Shown piece by piece: positions 36,449 to 51,028 of a DNA stretch of 64,000 bases (its first letter is position 1; each line of letters starts with the position of its first letter). Source of the stretch: Malacoraja senta. Its lineage: Eukaryota. The DNA is taken from NCBI GenBank assembly GCA_038087875.1, contig CM075995.1, forward strand, positions 310,001-374,000, given 5' to 3'. The notes under the pieces were generated by a model. That model was not told the DNA's origin. It worked only from the letters and a program-made list of their open reading frames with translations, and searched no databases. Position numbers and translations under genes: made by a program.

Positions 36449-39400
36449 CTATTTATGGTTAAAAAAAAACAACCAACTTCATTACTGCAACATATTTACT
36501 CAGTGGCATTTCCACGATTCAGCCTTTAGACTTTGGAGATAGAGCGTGGAAATGTTTATAGTTGAGGTTAGTTTATCGTCACGTGTACCGAGGTACAGTG
36601 AAAAGCTTTTGTTGCGTGCTAACCAGTCAGCAGAAAGACAATACGTGATTACAATCGAGCCATTTACAGTGTACAGATACATGAGTGCAATGTAAAGCCA
36701 GCAAAGTAAGTAAGTAAGTTTATTGGCCAAGTATTCACATACAAGGAATTTGCCTTGGTGCTCCGCCCACAAGTAACAACATGACATACAGTGACAGTTA
36801 CGAATGACTCAGAAAACACTAAATATTCCGATCAAGGTCGGAAAAGTCCGATCAAGGAAAGTCCGAGGGTCACCAAAGAAGTACATAGTAGTTCAGGATT
36901 GCTTCAGAAACAGGCCCATCGGCCCACCGAGTCCGCGCCAACCAGCAATCGTCCTGTACACTAGCACTATCCTACACACTAGGGACGATTTTAACAAAGC
37001 CAATTAACCTACAAACCTGCACATCTTTGGAATACAGGCGGAAAAGGGGGCACCAGGGTAAAAGCCCGTGCGGTCACGGGGAGAACGTGCAAACTCCATA
37101 GAGACATCACCCATAGTCAGGATCAATCCCGGGTCTCTGGCGCTGTGAGGCAGCAACTCTACCGCTGTGCCGCCAATTAGCAGAATTGCTTTAGCTCAGA
37201 ATCTTTAGCAGAATTGCTTTGGTTTAGTGTGGAAACAGGCCATTCGGCCCACTGAGTCTACGCCGACCATCGATCACCCCGTATACTAGGTCCATGTTAT
37301 CCCACATTCGTATCCTACACCCTCGGGGCAATTTGCAGAGGCCAATTAACCTACAAACCCACAGGTCTTTGGGATGTGGGAGGAACCCGGAGCACCTGGA
37401 GGAAACCCCCGCGATCACAGGGAGAACGTACAAACGTCACATAGACAGCACCCAAGGTCAGGGTTGAACGCGAGTCACTGGAGCTGTGAGGAAGTGGCTC
37501 TACCACTGCACTACTGTCTTTGAGGAACATTTATGCATTAATATACTCCATTCACACAATAAATATCTCTCCAGTTTGAAAAAGATTCCCGGGATGGCGG
37601 GACTGTCATGTGTTGAAAGAACGGAGCGGCTGGGCTTGTATACACTGGAACTTATAAGGATGAGCGGGGATCTTAGTGAAACATACAAGATTATTAAGTG
37701 TTTGGACACGCTAGAGACAGGAAACATGTTCCGGATGTTGGGGGAGTCCAAACCAGGGGCCAGTTTAAGAATAAGGGGTAAGCCATTTAGAACCGAGATG
37801 CAGAAACACTTTTTCACACAGAGAGTGGTGAGTCTGTGGAATTCTCTGCCTCAGAAGGCAGTGGAGGCCAATTATCTGGATGCTTTCAAGAGAGAGTTAG
37901 ATAGCGGAGTCAGGGGATATGGGGATAAGGCAGGAACGGGGTACTGATTGTGGATGATCTGCTGGCTCGAAGGGCCGAATGTAGATTGTCAATTATTGTC
38001 AATTATGATCAATATTTTCATGTGACCTCTTGCCCAATGCAAAATTAGTTGAAAATATTTGAATTTATTTCACATTTTGACCTCCACAAATCAAATCTGA
38101 TTCAACTCAATGGATATTTTGACAGGCCAGGAAGGAACATGTCTATGACTAGTGTGTGTCACCAGGTACTTTGTGTTAACATTTGATAAAGTCAATAGGG
38201 GAAATAGTTGCAAAACTATAAATGCTTTGAATCAGCACATGTTCTGATTCAGAATGATGAGTGATATGAGATGGATTTGTGAATTCACGGAGTGTTCTTT
38301 CATTGCTGGAGCAAGCACTGTTCTCCAGATGTGTTGGGCTCTGAACTCTGTCAACTTGGAGACCTTTGAACTATCTTTGAATCGGACTTTATCTTGCACT
38401 AATTGCTGTACCCTTTAGAAACATAGAAAATAGGTGCAGGAGTAGGCCATTCAGCCCTTTGAGCCAGCACCGCCATTCAATATGATCATGGCTGATCATC
38501 CAAAATCAGAACCCATTCCTGCTTTCTCCCCATATCCCTTGATTCCATCAACATTTATCTGTACACTGCGGACGGCGTTATTATAGTGCAAGAAGGAACT
38601 GCAGATAGACACAAAAAGCATTGCAGAGGATTCCATTGATTCACCAACTTCTGCCTGAAGAACCAACCGATCTCCGGTTAAAATGTTGTATCCAGTGTCC
38701 TGAGACCGTGACCTATGGCGCTGTAAAAATATTGTAGATGCAACTGCCGGGACAACTCAACACAACGTCCCTACTGTCTGAAAGTCTTTCTGAAAATCCG
38801 TTGTTTTGACGAGAAAATGGAGAAGGGATGAGACAGAGGAATGAGGCAAGAAGAGACTGAGGTAGAGGGACAATGAAAATGAGATAGGCACAGAGTGGAG
38901 ACAGATAACGGCGGCGTGGTGGAGTAGCGGTAGAGTTGCTGCTTGGCAGCGCCAGAGACTCGGGTTCGATCCTGACTACGGGTGCTGTCTGTGGGGAGTT
39001 TGTACGTTCTTCCCATGACCTGCATGGGTTTTCCCCGGGAGCTCCAGTTTCCTACAAACAGGTTTGTAGGCTAATTCACTTGGTATAATTGTCAATTGTC
39101 CCTAGTCAAGAGTCAAGAGTGCTTTATTGTCATATGTCCCAGATAGGACCATGAAATCCTTGCCTGCTGCAGCACCACAGAACATGTAAACATGGTACTT
39201 AACGGGAGTAAAAATACAGGTAATGTTAGTGTGCGGGGATTGCTGGTCGGCGCGGGTTGGGTGGGCCGAAGGAACTGTTTCCACGCTGTATCTCTAAACT
39301 AATTTAAACTAACTCAAGAGGAGGAGAGGAGAGAAAAGGCAGCAGAGTGGAGATGACCACGCAAAGGAAGGATGCATTTTATAAGAAATGTTTGCGAGCA

Positions 39401-39457
39401 GCAGTCGGGAGACTGAACATTTCATAAAAACATGACCTTAATTATAATACGACATAC

Positions 39458-39544
39458 CTAAAGAAGTGGTTATTTCCCCATAGAATTCTGTCCCCATGCC
39501 AGAGGGAGTTGGGAGCATTTAAGACAGCACCATTCAAGCAAGTT
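39458..39544 (-). CDS. KIF13A: KIF13A exon, FHA domain part 2 (TCLNGAVLNAPNSLWHGDRILWGNNHFF-R), 87 nt
   Basis: LWHGDRILWGNNHFFR motif; ttttcag| and |gtatgt boundaries; phase 2/2. Confidence 0.96.
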
Positions 39545-40369
39545 CTGAAAAATAAAATAAAATGTATTCATGAGTGAATTCAGCCTCCATTTCTTAATCC
39601 GGACCCTGCGAAGTGAAATCATACAAATACATCATTTTTGTTTTACTGTTGTGACATTTCGCCAGATGATAGTTGGAGATTTGCACAGTGGTTGAGTTTT
39701 CTCCAAGCAATAGACAATAGGTGCAGGAGTAGGCCATTCGGCCCATCGAGCCATTCAATGTGATCATCCCCGATCACTACCCCGTTCCTGCCTTCTCCCC
39801 ATATCCCTTGGCTCCGCTAACTTTAAGAGCCCTGTCTAGCTCTCTCTTGAAAGCATCCAGAGAACCGGCCTCCACGGAGGCAACGAACCAGCACAGAGCG
39901 TCTTAGAACATATTCTAAGCACAAAACTAAGGGGCCTGGTGGAGACACACCCTATTTCGGAGGGCTGCAATCTTCCAGCTGAACATTAGAGGGAGTTTGT
40001 GAGCAAATCTAACCTGGAACAATGCTCCTGTTGATGCCTCTACCACATGTCATTTCTCTGATGATCCTAAATGGAATTGGGTGTTTATCTACATGTTTAA
40101 ATTATCTTCTTCGGGCAGATGTCTTTCAGAGTTTAAAACAAGAAAAATGCTACAGTCTGAACTTTGTTTCCCACTCCCAAAGGCACTGTACACAGAAGTC
40201 ATACGAAGTTTACTGCTCCTTTAACTCCAATGTACTTATTACTCAGTCCTTCTTTTACAGTTGCATTTTTGTTAATAAAATGCATGATGTTGATTATTTT
40301 TATAAGAATTGCCTTCTCAGACAGAGAAAGATCCAATAGGGCGGCATGGTGGCGCAACAGTAGAGTTAA

Positions 40370-40860
40370 TAGACAATAGACAATAGGTGCAGGAGTAGGC
40401 CATTCGGCCCTTCGAGCCAAATGTGATCATGGCTGATCATCCCCAATCAGTACCCCGTTCCTGCCTTCTCCGCACATCCCCTGACTCTGCTATCTTCAAG
40501 AGCCCTATCTAGCTCTCTCTTGCATGCATCCAGAGAACCCGCCTCCAACGCCCTCTGAGGCAGAGAATTCCACAGACTCACCACTCTCTGTGAGAAAAAA
40601 TGTTTCCTCGTCTCCGTTCTAAATGGCTTACTCCTTATTCTTAAAACTATGGCCCCTGGTTGTGGACTCCCCCAACATCAGGAACATGTTTCCTGCCTCT
40701 AGCGTGTCCAAACCCTTAACAATCTTATATGTTTCAATGAGATTCCCTTTCATCCTTCGAAACTCCAGAGTGTACAAGCCCAGCTGCATTCTCTCAGCAT
40801 ATGACAGTCCCACCAACCCGGTAATTAACCTTGTAAACCTACACTGCACTCCCTCAATAG
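40370..40860 (-). mobile_element. CR1-clade LINE 3' fragment
   Basis: ORF 40628-41026 C-terminal part; tail. Confidence 0.88.
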
Positions 40861-43222
40861 CAGTTGGTAGAGGAAACTGGAGATCCCGGAAAAGAAACCC
40901 ACGCGGGTCACGGGGAGAACGTACAAACTCCATACAGACAGCACCCGTGGTCAGGCTCGAACCCGGGTCCCTGGCGCTGTAATGCAGCAACTCTACCGCT
41001 GCACCACCGTGCCAACCCTGCGTCATTTAATCTGCACGATCACATAACAAGCAGGTATTCAAAATTGTGTGATGAATTTGTGCCTTCCGAAGATCTGGAT
41101 TAAACTCCAAATAGTGTCGCGCTCATGAATGATGTGGGGGAATTATGTTTTATTGAATCTATGATGATCATGAACTTATAGACATGAATGAAAACCTGAG
41201 GAGAACCTACTATGAATGTAAATTAGGAAGAGTCTCCCTGGAATGTCCATCCAGTACTCTGGGAGAAAAAGGTTTTCCTGGGCAGTGCAGCCAAACATTC
41301 ATTTCATCCCAAGTTAATTTCATAAAGTTATTCCACTGCTGCCTTGGTGGCAACTGCACCACGCCGCCCTTTTAGCGCGAATGCAGCACCGCACACCAGG
41401 GATATTGCAGACATCAGCCCAGCCGGCATGCAATGGGATAGTCGTGTCCCGGGAAAACAGCCTTTCTTTCTCACTGTCTCTCCCCTGCCAGTTGAGAGCC
41501 GACAGGTACACATGGAGCAGTCATAACTTTGTATCCTGCCCTGTTTATTAAAAATGTGTACTTTATTGATAATTTATTACAAAAATATATTTCATGTGAT
41601 AGGAGCAGAATGAGGCCGTTCGGTCCATCTGGTCCATTCAATCATGGCTGATCTCTATCTCCCTCCTAAACCCCCTTCTTCAGACTGAGAGTCAGGGAGT
41701 GGGGGGGACACTGGAGGTGTGGGAAGATACAGAACAAAGCCTTTCACAGAATATTGTAATTCTAACGGTGTAGGCAGGAACGGCAGAAGCTGGTTTAAAC
41801 TGAAGATAGACACAAAATGCTGGATTAATTAAGTGGGGCAGGCAGCATCTCTGGAGAGAAGGAAAGGGTGACGTTTTGGGTCGAGACCGTCTTCAGTCTT
41901 GGCATCGTGTTCGGCCCAGACAGGTGTGGGCTGAAGGGCCTGTTCTTGTGCTCTAATGATCTATATGAGCCCATTCAGCCCATCGAGTCCACTCCGCAAA
42001 TTCAATCGTGGCTGATCTATCCTCCCCTCCTAACCCCATTTTCCTGCCTTCTCCCCATAACCCCTGACACCCGTACCAATCAATAATCTATCTACCTCTG
42101 CCTTACAAATATACATTGACTTGCTCTCCACAGCCCTTCTGCAGCAATGAATTCCACAGGTTCACTACCCAAAATTAAATTAAGCGAGAAGTACTCAATT
42201 CAACTAAACTAAACTCAAACTCAAATTTAGTGAGAAACTCTACATTTTCCACCGTTACGATCTAGTGTTACAACTAGATTTTCCAAATTTGATCAATGAA
42301 TGGGAATGAAAATCGGGGGGATCCGCAATGTATAAGAAAAACAGAATGTCAGTGCAATTCCAGCATAGATACATGGAGGAGGAGATCAAAATGTTTAGTC
42401 AAAGATCAGATCTAATAACCCAAATTTATATGAAAATTGCATCGAAGAATAAAATTAGTAGACAGAAAATGCTGGCTATCACATGGGAGAGCATCATCGC
42501 TGAAAACATCAACGGCACAGTGCCTGACAATGCTATGTACGACAGTGATCGCAACGTCTACTGAAGTGTGGATGGCCGTTGGTTCGCTTGGAGCTCATCC
42601 GCCCTTTGACAGGTCTTGTTTTTGGTCCTGCTGGGGGTCCAAACCAGGCAAACCAGGTGGGGAGACGTTTTAGTCGCCGACTATCCGACCTTGGAGCAGG
42701 AAGCACGGGATTACATGGTACCCGTGGCGGGGGGGAACTCCCACCCCGACTTGAGCTGAAAACATGGGAGAGGCGAGGTTGATAAACACACCAAGTCGAT
42801 TGGCATCTGGAAAAGATAGGTTACCCTCCATGTGTTTAAGAAAGAACTGCAGAAAATTGCTGGAAAATCAAAGGTAGATAAAAATGCTGGAGAAACTCAG
42901 CGGGTTTCTCCAGCATTTTCCTTCACTCCATCGATGCTGCCTCACCCGCTGAGTTTCTCCGGCATTACCGTCGATGTGATCCTTTGCAAGGGACTGCAGG
43001 TTGAAGCGTTAATGCAGTCTCCAGTTTGATGCCTGTGACACACTCTTCACTTTGAACAAACCTCCTTCCTGACATGTCAGGACATCTCCCATTCTCCGAT
43101 TTTCCAGGTGGTTTGACTGCTCGGGGGGGTTTAGTGGCGACTGTACTGCTGAAGCATCAAACAGCTATTGCGCAGGAGGCGTGCGTGCGTGGATCGACGG
43201 TTTTTCAACGTTGACTGATTAC

Positions 43223-43353
43223 CTGGCATTTGCGTTTGGGCTGAGAATGATATCGCCATCTGCTGTGAAGTCAATGACACAGTGCTCGGGCTGGATACCA
43301 ATTCCGCACAGCTGAATGTCCTGAGATTCATCCGCACCAACCCTGGTGTGATT
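43223..43353 (-). CDS. KIF13A: KIF13A exon, FHA domain part 1 (NHTRVGADESQDIQLCGIGIQPEHCVIDFTADGDIILSPNANA-R), 131 nt
   Basis: FHA-type sequence; atcag| and |gtaatc boundaries; phase 0/2. Confidence 0.95.
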
Positions 43354-45971
43354 CTGATGGGGACAGCAGAAAGGATAACAAGGTCAGCACTTGGCTACAA
43401 GCATTCATACGATGCACAGTACAGTACACCAAGTTCCGCCAGCCAACATGAATCAGTGTTTCCATGCACGCTGGCTTGGCAAATATTTTGTCCCGACCTT
43501 TACCAAGTTAAATATAGAGGCTGAAAGTAACCTAATGCAGCAACAAACATCTACTAAATATGCAGCAAAACAAAATCAGCGACTGAACTAAAATTGGTAT
43601 ATTTAAAATGGCGTGGTGGCGCGGCGGTAGAGTTGCTGCCCTACTGCGCCAGGTTCGATCCTGACTAAGGGTGCTTGTCTGTACGGAGTTTGTACGGATA
43701 TCCGGTTTCTGAAGAAGGGTCTCGATCCGAAATGTCACCCGTTCCTTCTCTCCAGAGATGCTGCCTCTAAGCTACTCCGGCATATTGTGTCTATATCCAG
43801 TTTCCTCCCACACACAAAAGACGTACAGGTTTTTAAGCTAATTGGCATGGTATAACTTTAAATTTTCCCTTGTGTGTCGGATTGTGTAAGTGTGCGGGGA
43901 TCAGATTCCGATTCCGATTCAAACTTTATTGTCATTGTGCAGTGTACAAGCACATAGACAACGAAATGCAGTTGGCATCTCACCCAGAAGTGCGAACACA
44001 GAATAATGGAGATTATTGCTAGTTCGCTGATTCTCGTGAGACACAAGGGCGTCGCGAAGCGCCCGCGCCGCCGCCATCTTGGAGTATCGCCTGGTCACCA
44101 CAGACTCGGTGGGCCGAAGGGCCTATTTCCACGCTGTATCTCTAAACTAAGTTAAACTACTTTTCAAACTGGAAAAGTTTGTTGTCACAGATTTGCGGAA
44201 CTCAAGACATGGCGAGTTTACAATGTAAAATCTATGGAAAAATACTATGACACGTGCTTCCTGCAGAAGGAAGTGATCATTGGCGGGTACAACAGCCTGC
44301 TTGTGAGAGAAGTTGTGAAGATCTATTGTAATCATGCTTCAAATACATGACCAACCAGGTCAACCATAGAACAATGCAAGAGACCACAATCTCGTTCAGG
44401 TTTAGTTTAAAGATACAGCATGGAAACAGGCCCTTTGGCCCAACTCGCCCACATCAACCAACAACTCCCATCTACACTGGTCCCACCTGCCTGTGTTTGG
44501 CCCATATACCCTTAGGTAGTCATAGAGTGATACAACGTGGAAACAGACCCTTCAGCCCAACTTGCATACACCGACCAACATGCCCCATCTACACTAGTCA
44601 CACCTGCCTGTGTTTGGTCCCTATCCCTACAAATCTGGCTGTCTAATTGTTTCTTAACCGTTGTGATAGTACCTGGCTCAACTACCTCCTCTGGCAGCTC
44701 GTTCCATACACCCACCACCCTTTTGAGTGAAAATGTTACCCCTCAGATTCCTATTAAATCTTTCCCCCTTCACCTTAAACCTATGCCCCTGATCCTCGAT
44801 TCCGCTTCTCCGGGCAAGAGACTCTGTACGTCTACCCGATCTATTCCTCTCATCATTTTATACAGATATTTAAACAGTTTTGGGTAGATAGATCAACAAT
44901 GGATTTTTTTTACACTGCGTCTCCCCAAGTGGCAATTGTGTTGCAATAGGTGCAAGATTGCTTGAAGGTTAATCTGCAAGTTGAATTGGTAGTAAAAGCA
45001 GCAAACGCAAACGCAAAGAGGGCTTGAATATAAAAACAGGGATGTAATGCTGAGGCTCCATAAGGCGCTGGTCAGGCCGCATTTGGAGTATTCGTGAGCA
45101 AATTTGGGCCCCATATCTGAGGAAAAAACATAGAAACATAGAAAATAGGTGCAGGAGTAGGCCATTCAGCCCTTCGAGCCTGCACCGCCATTCAATATGA
45201 TCATGGCTGATCATCCAACTCAGTATCCTGTACCTGCCTTCTCTCCATACCCCCTGATCCATTTAGCCACATGGGCCACATCTACACATCCTAGGAATGA
45301 GTGGGTAAACTTCTGATGAGCGTTTGAGGCACTGAGCCTGTACTCGCTGGAGTTTAGAAGAATGAGGGGGGGGGGGGGTACCTCATTGAAACGTACCAAA
45401 TAGTGAAAGGCTTTCATGGAGTGGATGTGGAGAGGATGTTTCCACTAGTGGGAGAGTCTAGGACTAGAGGTCATAGCCTCAGAATTAAAGGATGTTCCTT
45501 TAGGAAGGAGGTGAGGAGGAATTTCTTTAGTCAGTGGTGAATCTGTGGAATTCATTACCACAGAAGGCTGTGGAGGCAAAGTCAATGAATATTTTAAGGC
45601 AGAGATAGATATATTCTTGATTTGTACAGGTGTCAGGGGTTATGGGGAAAAGGCAGGAGAATGGGGATAGGAGGGAGGGATAGATCAGCCATGATCGAAT
45701 GGCGGAGTAGACTTGATGAGCCGAATGGCTAATTCTGCTCCTATCACTTATGACCTTACACGAGGAGTCAGTAGAAATTATATTGGGGAGCATGGCAATG
45801 ACAGAAGAATGATAACACAACTGGAAGTCCTGACACATACCTGCATGTAATTATGATGTTCGCCAAAAATAGCACAGTGAACCTCCCGCAAATACTGAAG
45901 GACAATGTCTGGAGTGAATTACTTGGATAAACAGGGCGACACGCTGGCACTGCAGTCGACTTGTTACCTCA

Positions 45972-46332
45972 AGGGCCTGTCCCACTTAGGCGACTCTTTA
46001 GGCGACTGACAGGGACTAGTTTTAATGGGCTTCACCTATGACACCTGACGACAACCTACGACAACACCGACATCAACCTACGGTAACACCTACGTCAACC
46101 TACGGCAACACCTACGTCAACCTACGGCAACACCTACGTCAACCTACGGCAACCCCTACGACAACACCTACGTCAACCTACGGCAACACCTACGTCAACC
46201 TACTGCAACACCTACGGCAACCTACGACAGCAAAAATTGTCGCCACTGTCGCCGAAAATTTTTCAACATGTTGAACATTTTGCGGCAGTCGCCTGTAGTC
46301 GCCCACAAAATCGCCTAAGTGGGACAGGCCCT
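45972..46332. mobile_element. MITE with AGGGCCTGTCCCACTT TIRs and an internal ACCTACG-based tandem array
   Basis: TIRs extend to agggcctgtcccacttaggcga; flanks tca/tta; inserted in a SINE head. Confidence 0.85.
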
Positions 46333-48024
46333 TTACAGCGCCAAGGACCCGGGTTCAATCCCGACTACGATGCTGTCTGTGCTAATCCTAATTATATTTG
46401 ACCTTTATATTTGAATTTTGAAGGATCTGATAACCTCTATTGAGGGATTTAAAAAGATCTGCAAACCTCTATCAGGAATTTGAAGGATTTGACCCCCACT
46501 ATCTCAGTATGTTGAAGGGTCTGATAAGGTTTATCTCGGTGAATTGCACTTGGGAAGATGGTTCAACTGGAGGCAATCCAAAACCAGTCACTGAAACAGC
46601 CAATAAACAAATCAAAAATAACCTCTCTATACTTAGAAAACAATTAAGAGTTGTAAAGGAGAACCGCACAAGTCCATAATGTGAAAGCTTCAAAGTGACA
46701 TTGGCGAAGAAATATGGAATGGCATATTTAAAGGGTTTAAAGGCATTTCAGGAAAAGTCTCATATCAAGAAGTAAATATCACCAACGACCAAACCAGCAA
46801 TTCTTCTTCTTCACAGCTGTAAAAACTAGAAACAGATATACATCTTGAAGAGAAACAAGAATTAACTGGGTTAAAAAAAAGACACAATGTTCTGGAGTAA
46901 CTCAGCTGGTCAGGCAGCATCTCTGGAAAACATTGATCGGTGACGTTTCAGGTCAGGTCCCTTCTTCAGGCTGACCCGACCCGAAACATCATCTACCCGT
47001 GTTCTCCTGAGATGCTGCTGACCCGCTGAGATGCTCCAGCACTTTGTGTTTTATTTGTAGACCAGAATCAGCAGTTCCTTGTTTCTACATTAACTGGGTT
47101 ATTTTTGTTTCATTTAGAGATAGAGAATGGAAACACGCCATTTGGCACACCAGGTCCGTGCCGACCAACGATCACCCGCACACTAGTCCTATCCTACACG
47201 CTAGGGAATATTTACAGACGCCATTTAACCTACAAGCGGCACGTCTTTGGGATGTGGGAGGAAACTGGAGCAAAACGCATGTGGTCACATGGAGAACATA
47301 CAAACTCCGTACAGACAGCCCCCTTAGTCAGGATTGAACCCGGGACTCTGGCGCTGAAAGGCAGTAACTCTACTGCTGCAGCACTGGTGCATCAAAATTC
47401 ATGTTTCTTGTGATAAGTGTTTCAATGCTGGTGAATGTGGGAAATAAATGGGGATTAAGCTGACCCTTAAAATGAGGGTGTGATAGAAAAACACTTGTTT
47501 TGATTTTTCGGGCATAATCGGGCAACTATAAGAATTCTCTTACCTGGGTTAATCTAAATGCTGAAAAATACTTTACTACACTACCTCGCATTAATGGTTG
47601 TTTTACCTTGCTCACATTTTACACGCATATATAAATATTCAACAATCATTCTGAGTGCTTTGAAGGGAAATGAAGGGAAGGGTATTTTTTGTAGCACTTG
47701 TCAATAGAGACATAAATCAGTATGTACAAAAGATAAGTCCTCTATATTCCACCCTTTGGAGGAATGAGGACATAAGTAGGTTAAAAGCCAATTCCCATCC
47801 AATTATATTATATTTAGTGTTTTACAAACACTTTCCTACAACATAGCAAAATATTTCAAGATTCTTCATGGGATTTTATTTTACAAATCTCGACAGCCAA
47901 GCCAGAATGAGAAATATACCAATTGTGACGAAAGAGAGTTTTGAAGGGACTATAATGAAAGAAGAGGCAGTGGATAGAGGTACTGAGTTATTGAAGGGGC
48001 TAACACACCAAGTTGAATTGAGGA

Positions 48025-48621
48025 TAGGAGCATGGAGGTCCTACTGCACTTGTACAGGGCCCTGGTGAGTCCACACCTGGAGTATTGTGTGGTTTTGGTC
48101 TCCTAATTTGAGGAAGGACTTTCTTGCTATTGAGGGAGTGCAGCGTAGGTTCACCAGGTTAATTCCTGGGATGGCGAGACTGACATATGATGAAAGATTG
48201 GATTGATGGGGCTTATATTCACTGAAATTTAGAAGGATGAGATGGGATCTAATAGAAACATATTAAATTCTTACGGGATTGGACAGGCTAGAATTGGTCC
48301 TGGCGTTGGGGGAGTCCAGAACCAGGGGTCACAGTGTAAGAATAAGGGGTTGGCCATTTAGGACTGCAATGAGGAAAAACTTTTTCACCCAGAGAATAGT
48401 GAATCTGTGGAATTCTCTGCCATAGAAGGCAGCGGAGGCCAATTCACTGCATATTTTCAAGAGTTAGATAATAGCTCTTGGGGCTAACGGAATCAAGGGA
48501 TTGGGGAAGAAAGCAGGAACGGGGTACTGATTGGGGATGATCAGCCATGATCATATTGAATGGCAGTGCTGGCTCGAAGGGCCGAATTGCCTACTCCTGC
48601 AGTTATTTTTTCTATGTTTCT
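48025..48621 (+). mobile_element. CR1-clade LINE 3' fragment, degenerate
   Basis: Colinear with the other CR1 copies. Confidence 0.88.
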
Positions 48622-48839
48622 AATGGTTGGACATTGTGTGACTGGCCCCACAGATTCAAATCAGCTAGAGCTGGTTTATCCAGCATGGCCACACTCATTT
48701 GTAAGAGGGTACAAATCTTCCTTAAAAATGTTAAGATTAGTCCAACTCATTTTTTTCACAGGCACCTCGTGTTTTATGCTTGCATAATTTATGCGTTTTT
48801 AAAATGATGCGCTTGTTTAATTAATATCTAGACCTAACT

Positions 48840-49278
48840 TTCAGTTTAGTTTATTGTCACGTGTGCCGAGGTACAGTGAAAAGTTAACCAGTCAGCTGAA
48901 AGACAATACATGATTACAATCGAGCCATTTACAGTGGATAGATACATGATAAGGGAATAAGGTTTTGTGGCAGGTTAAGCCAGCAGAGTCCGATCAAGGA
49001 TAGTCCGAGGGTCAATAATGAGTTCAGGACTGCTCTCTGGTTGTGGCAGGATCGATTCAGTTGCCTGATGACAGCTGGAAAGAAACTCTCCCTGAATCTG
49101 GAGTTTTGTGTTTTCACACCTTTGTACCTTTTGCCCGATGGGAGAGGGGAGAAGAGGGAGTGGCCAGGGTGAGACTCGTCCTTGATTACGCTGCTGGCCT
49201 TGTCGAGGCAGCATGAGGTGTAAATGGAGTCAATGGAAGGGAGGTTGGTTTGTGTGATGCTCTGGGCTGCGTCCACAA
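48840..49278 (-). mobile_element. Rex1/Babar-like LINE 3' fragment; its 3' UTR recurs as short copies (~6530-6820, 9630-9870, 11360-11560, 22290-22450, 36570-36710, 50735-50965, 60685-60770)
   Basis: IKDESHPGHSLFSPLPSGKRY...SFFPAVIRQLN; shared gtttattgtcacgtgtaccgaggtacagtgaaaagc end. Confidence 0.8.
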
Positions 49279-50040
49279 TTCGCTTACGTGCTGTATTTTT
49301 TTAAATGACACTCTCAAATTTACGCATGGCTCCGTAATCACGTACAAGTTTAATTTACCTGTTTTTGAATTACGCATTGCTTTTCAGGATCATAACCTCT
49401 GTGTAAGACACGAGGTGCCATTATTTTCATGTGTATTTTCATTCTTAATTATTACTAGTTTAAGCACATTGGGCAAGATGGTGGCGCAGCGGTAGAGTTG
49501 CTGCCTTACAGCGCCAGGTACCCGGGTTTGATCCTGACAACGGCCTCCGGTTTCCTCCCACGCTCCAAAGACGTACAGGTTTGTAGGTTAATTGGCTTGG
49601 TAAAATTGTAAATAGTACCGAGTGTGTGTAGCATAGTGTTAGTGTGCGGGGATCGCTGGCCGGCGCGGACTCGGGGGGGGGGGCCGAAGGGCCTGTTTCC
49701 ACGCTACATCTTTAAACTAAACTAAAAATTAGCTGTTTCTAATGATTAATTAAAAAAACATAATTCAGTTTCAATCACACCGTTGATCAAAGTAAACAGC
49801 TGAGAGCCTCACAGCTGCAAAGGGTTGTGCGCATGGGTGTGACTGAGTAGCCAAGCAAGGAGCTGGCCCATTAAGTACTGCCTAACCGGATGGTGAAAGC
49901 AGGCAGTACCACATTAGCTTGGTTATTTGGCGTGGGCCTGCACATAACTGCATTTGCAAACTCCACTTATTCTGTACTTCGACAGCTCGAATGCTCAGCT
50001 CGGTGCAGCACAGTGGCGCAGCGGTAGAGTTGCTGCCTTA

Positions 50041-50508
50041 AGGTCCTGTCCCACCAGCATGCGACTGCATGCGGCTAGCACGACCTAACGTGGTCGCTTG
50101 AGCCGTACGGCCTCGCGGGGCCGGTCCCACGTCGATCGACGGAGCCGTATGGAGTTGTGCGGGGCTGGTCCCGACATCGCGCCGGGGCTCCGAAAAACTG
50201 ACACTGTCCAAAAATTCCGCAGCCGCATTGAGGCTGTACGCACCACCTTGACGCCGTACGCAGCGTCTTGACGGCGTACGCCTAGCGCGTGGCGTTGCGC
50301 GATGACGTCACCGCCCGGCGTGCCTTTGCGTGATGACGTCACCGCCCGACTCCGTGCGACGTCCAAATTCAGTCGGCCCGCCTTCCTGCCCAGCTGATTG
50401 GTGAGTTTGATGTCGGGACCAGCTCTGCACAACTCCAGACGGCTCCGCGGTTGGAAGTGGGACCGGCCCCACGAGGCCGTACGCCTCAAGCCACCACGTT
50501 TGGTTGCG
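50041..50508. mobile_element. GC-rich palindromic MITE, right end truncated, inserted in a SINE
   Basis: Starts tta|aggtcctgtcccac; long internal inverted repeats ~50088-50175 vs ~50410-50500. Confidence 0.7.
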
Positions 50509-51028
50509 TCAGAGACCCAGGTTCGATCCTGGCTAGGGGTGCTGTCTGCACGGAGTTAGTACGATCTCCCTGTGACCGCGTGGCTTCTCTCTGGGTGCTC
50601 TGGTTTCCTCCCACATTCTAATGATGTGCAGGTTTGTAGGTTAATTGGCTTCTGTAAATTGTCCCTAGTGTACAAGGTGATCACCGGTCAGAGCGGACCA
50701 CGCTGCATCTCTAAACCAATCTAAACTAGTTTACAGTTTAGTTTATTGTCACGTGTACCGAGGTACAGTGAAAAGCTTTTGTTGCGTGCTGTCCAGTCAG
50801 TGAAAGACAATACATGATTACAATCGAGCCATTCACAGTGCACAGATACATGATAAGGGAATAACATTTAGTGCAAGGTAGGGCCTGCAAAGTCCGATTA
50901 AGGATAGTGCGTGGGTCATCAATGAAATAAATAGTTCAGGACTGCTCTCTGGTTGTGAGAGGAAGATTCAGATGCTTCAGTTACATACATAGAATTGTCA
51001 ACAGGTTGTGTTTTGTTCGAATGCTCAC

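Noticed and set aside
46038..46274. Thr/Pro/Gln-rich repetitive ORF
   Set aside because: It is the translation of the internal tandem array of a MITE.
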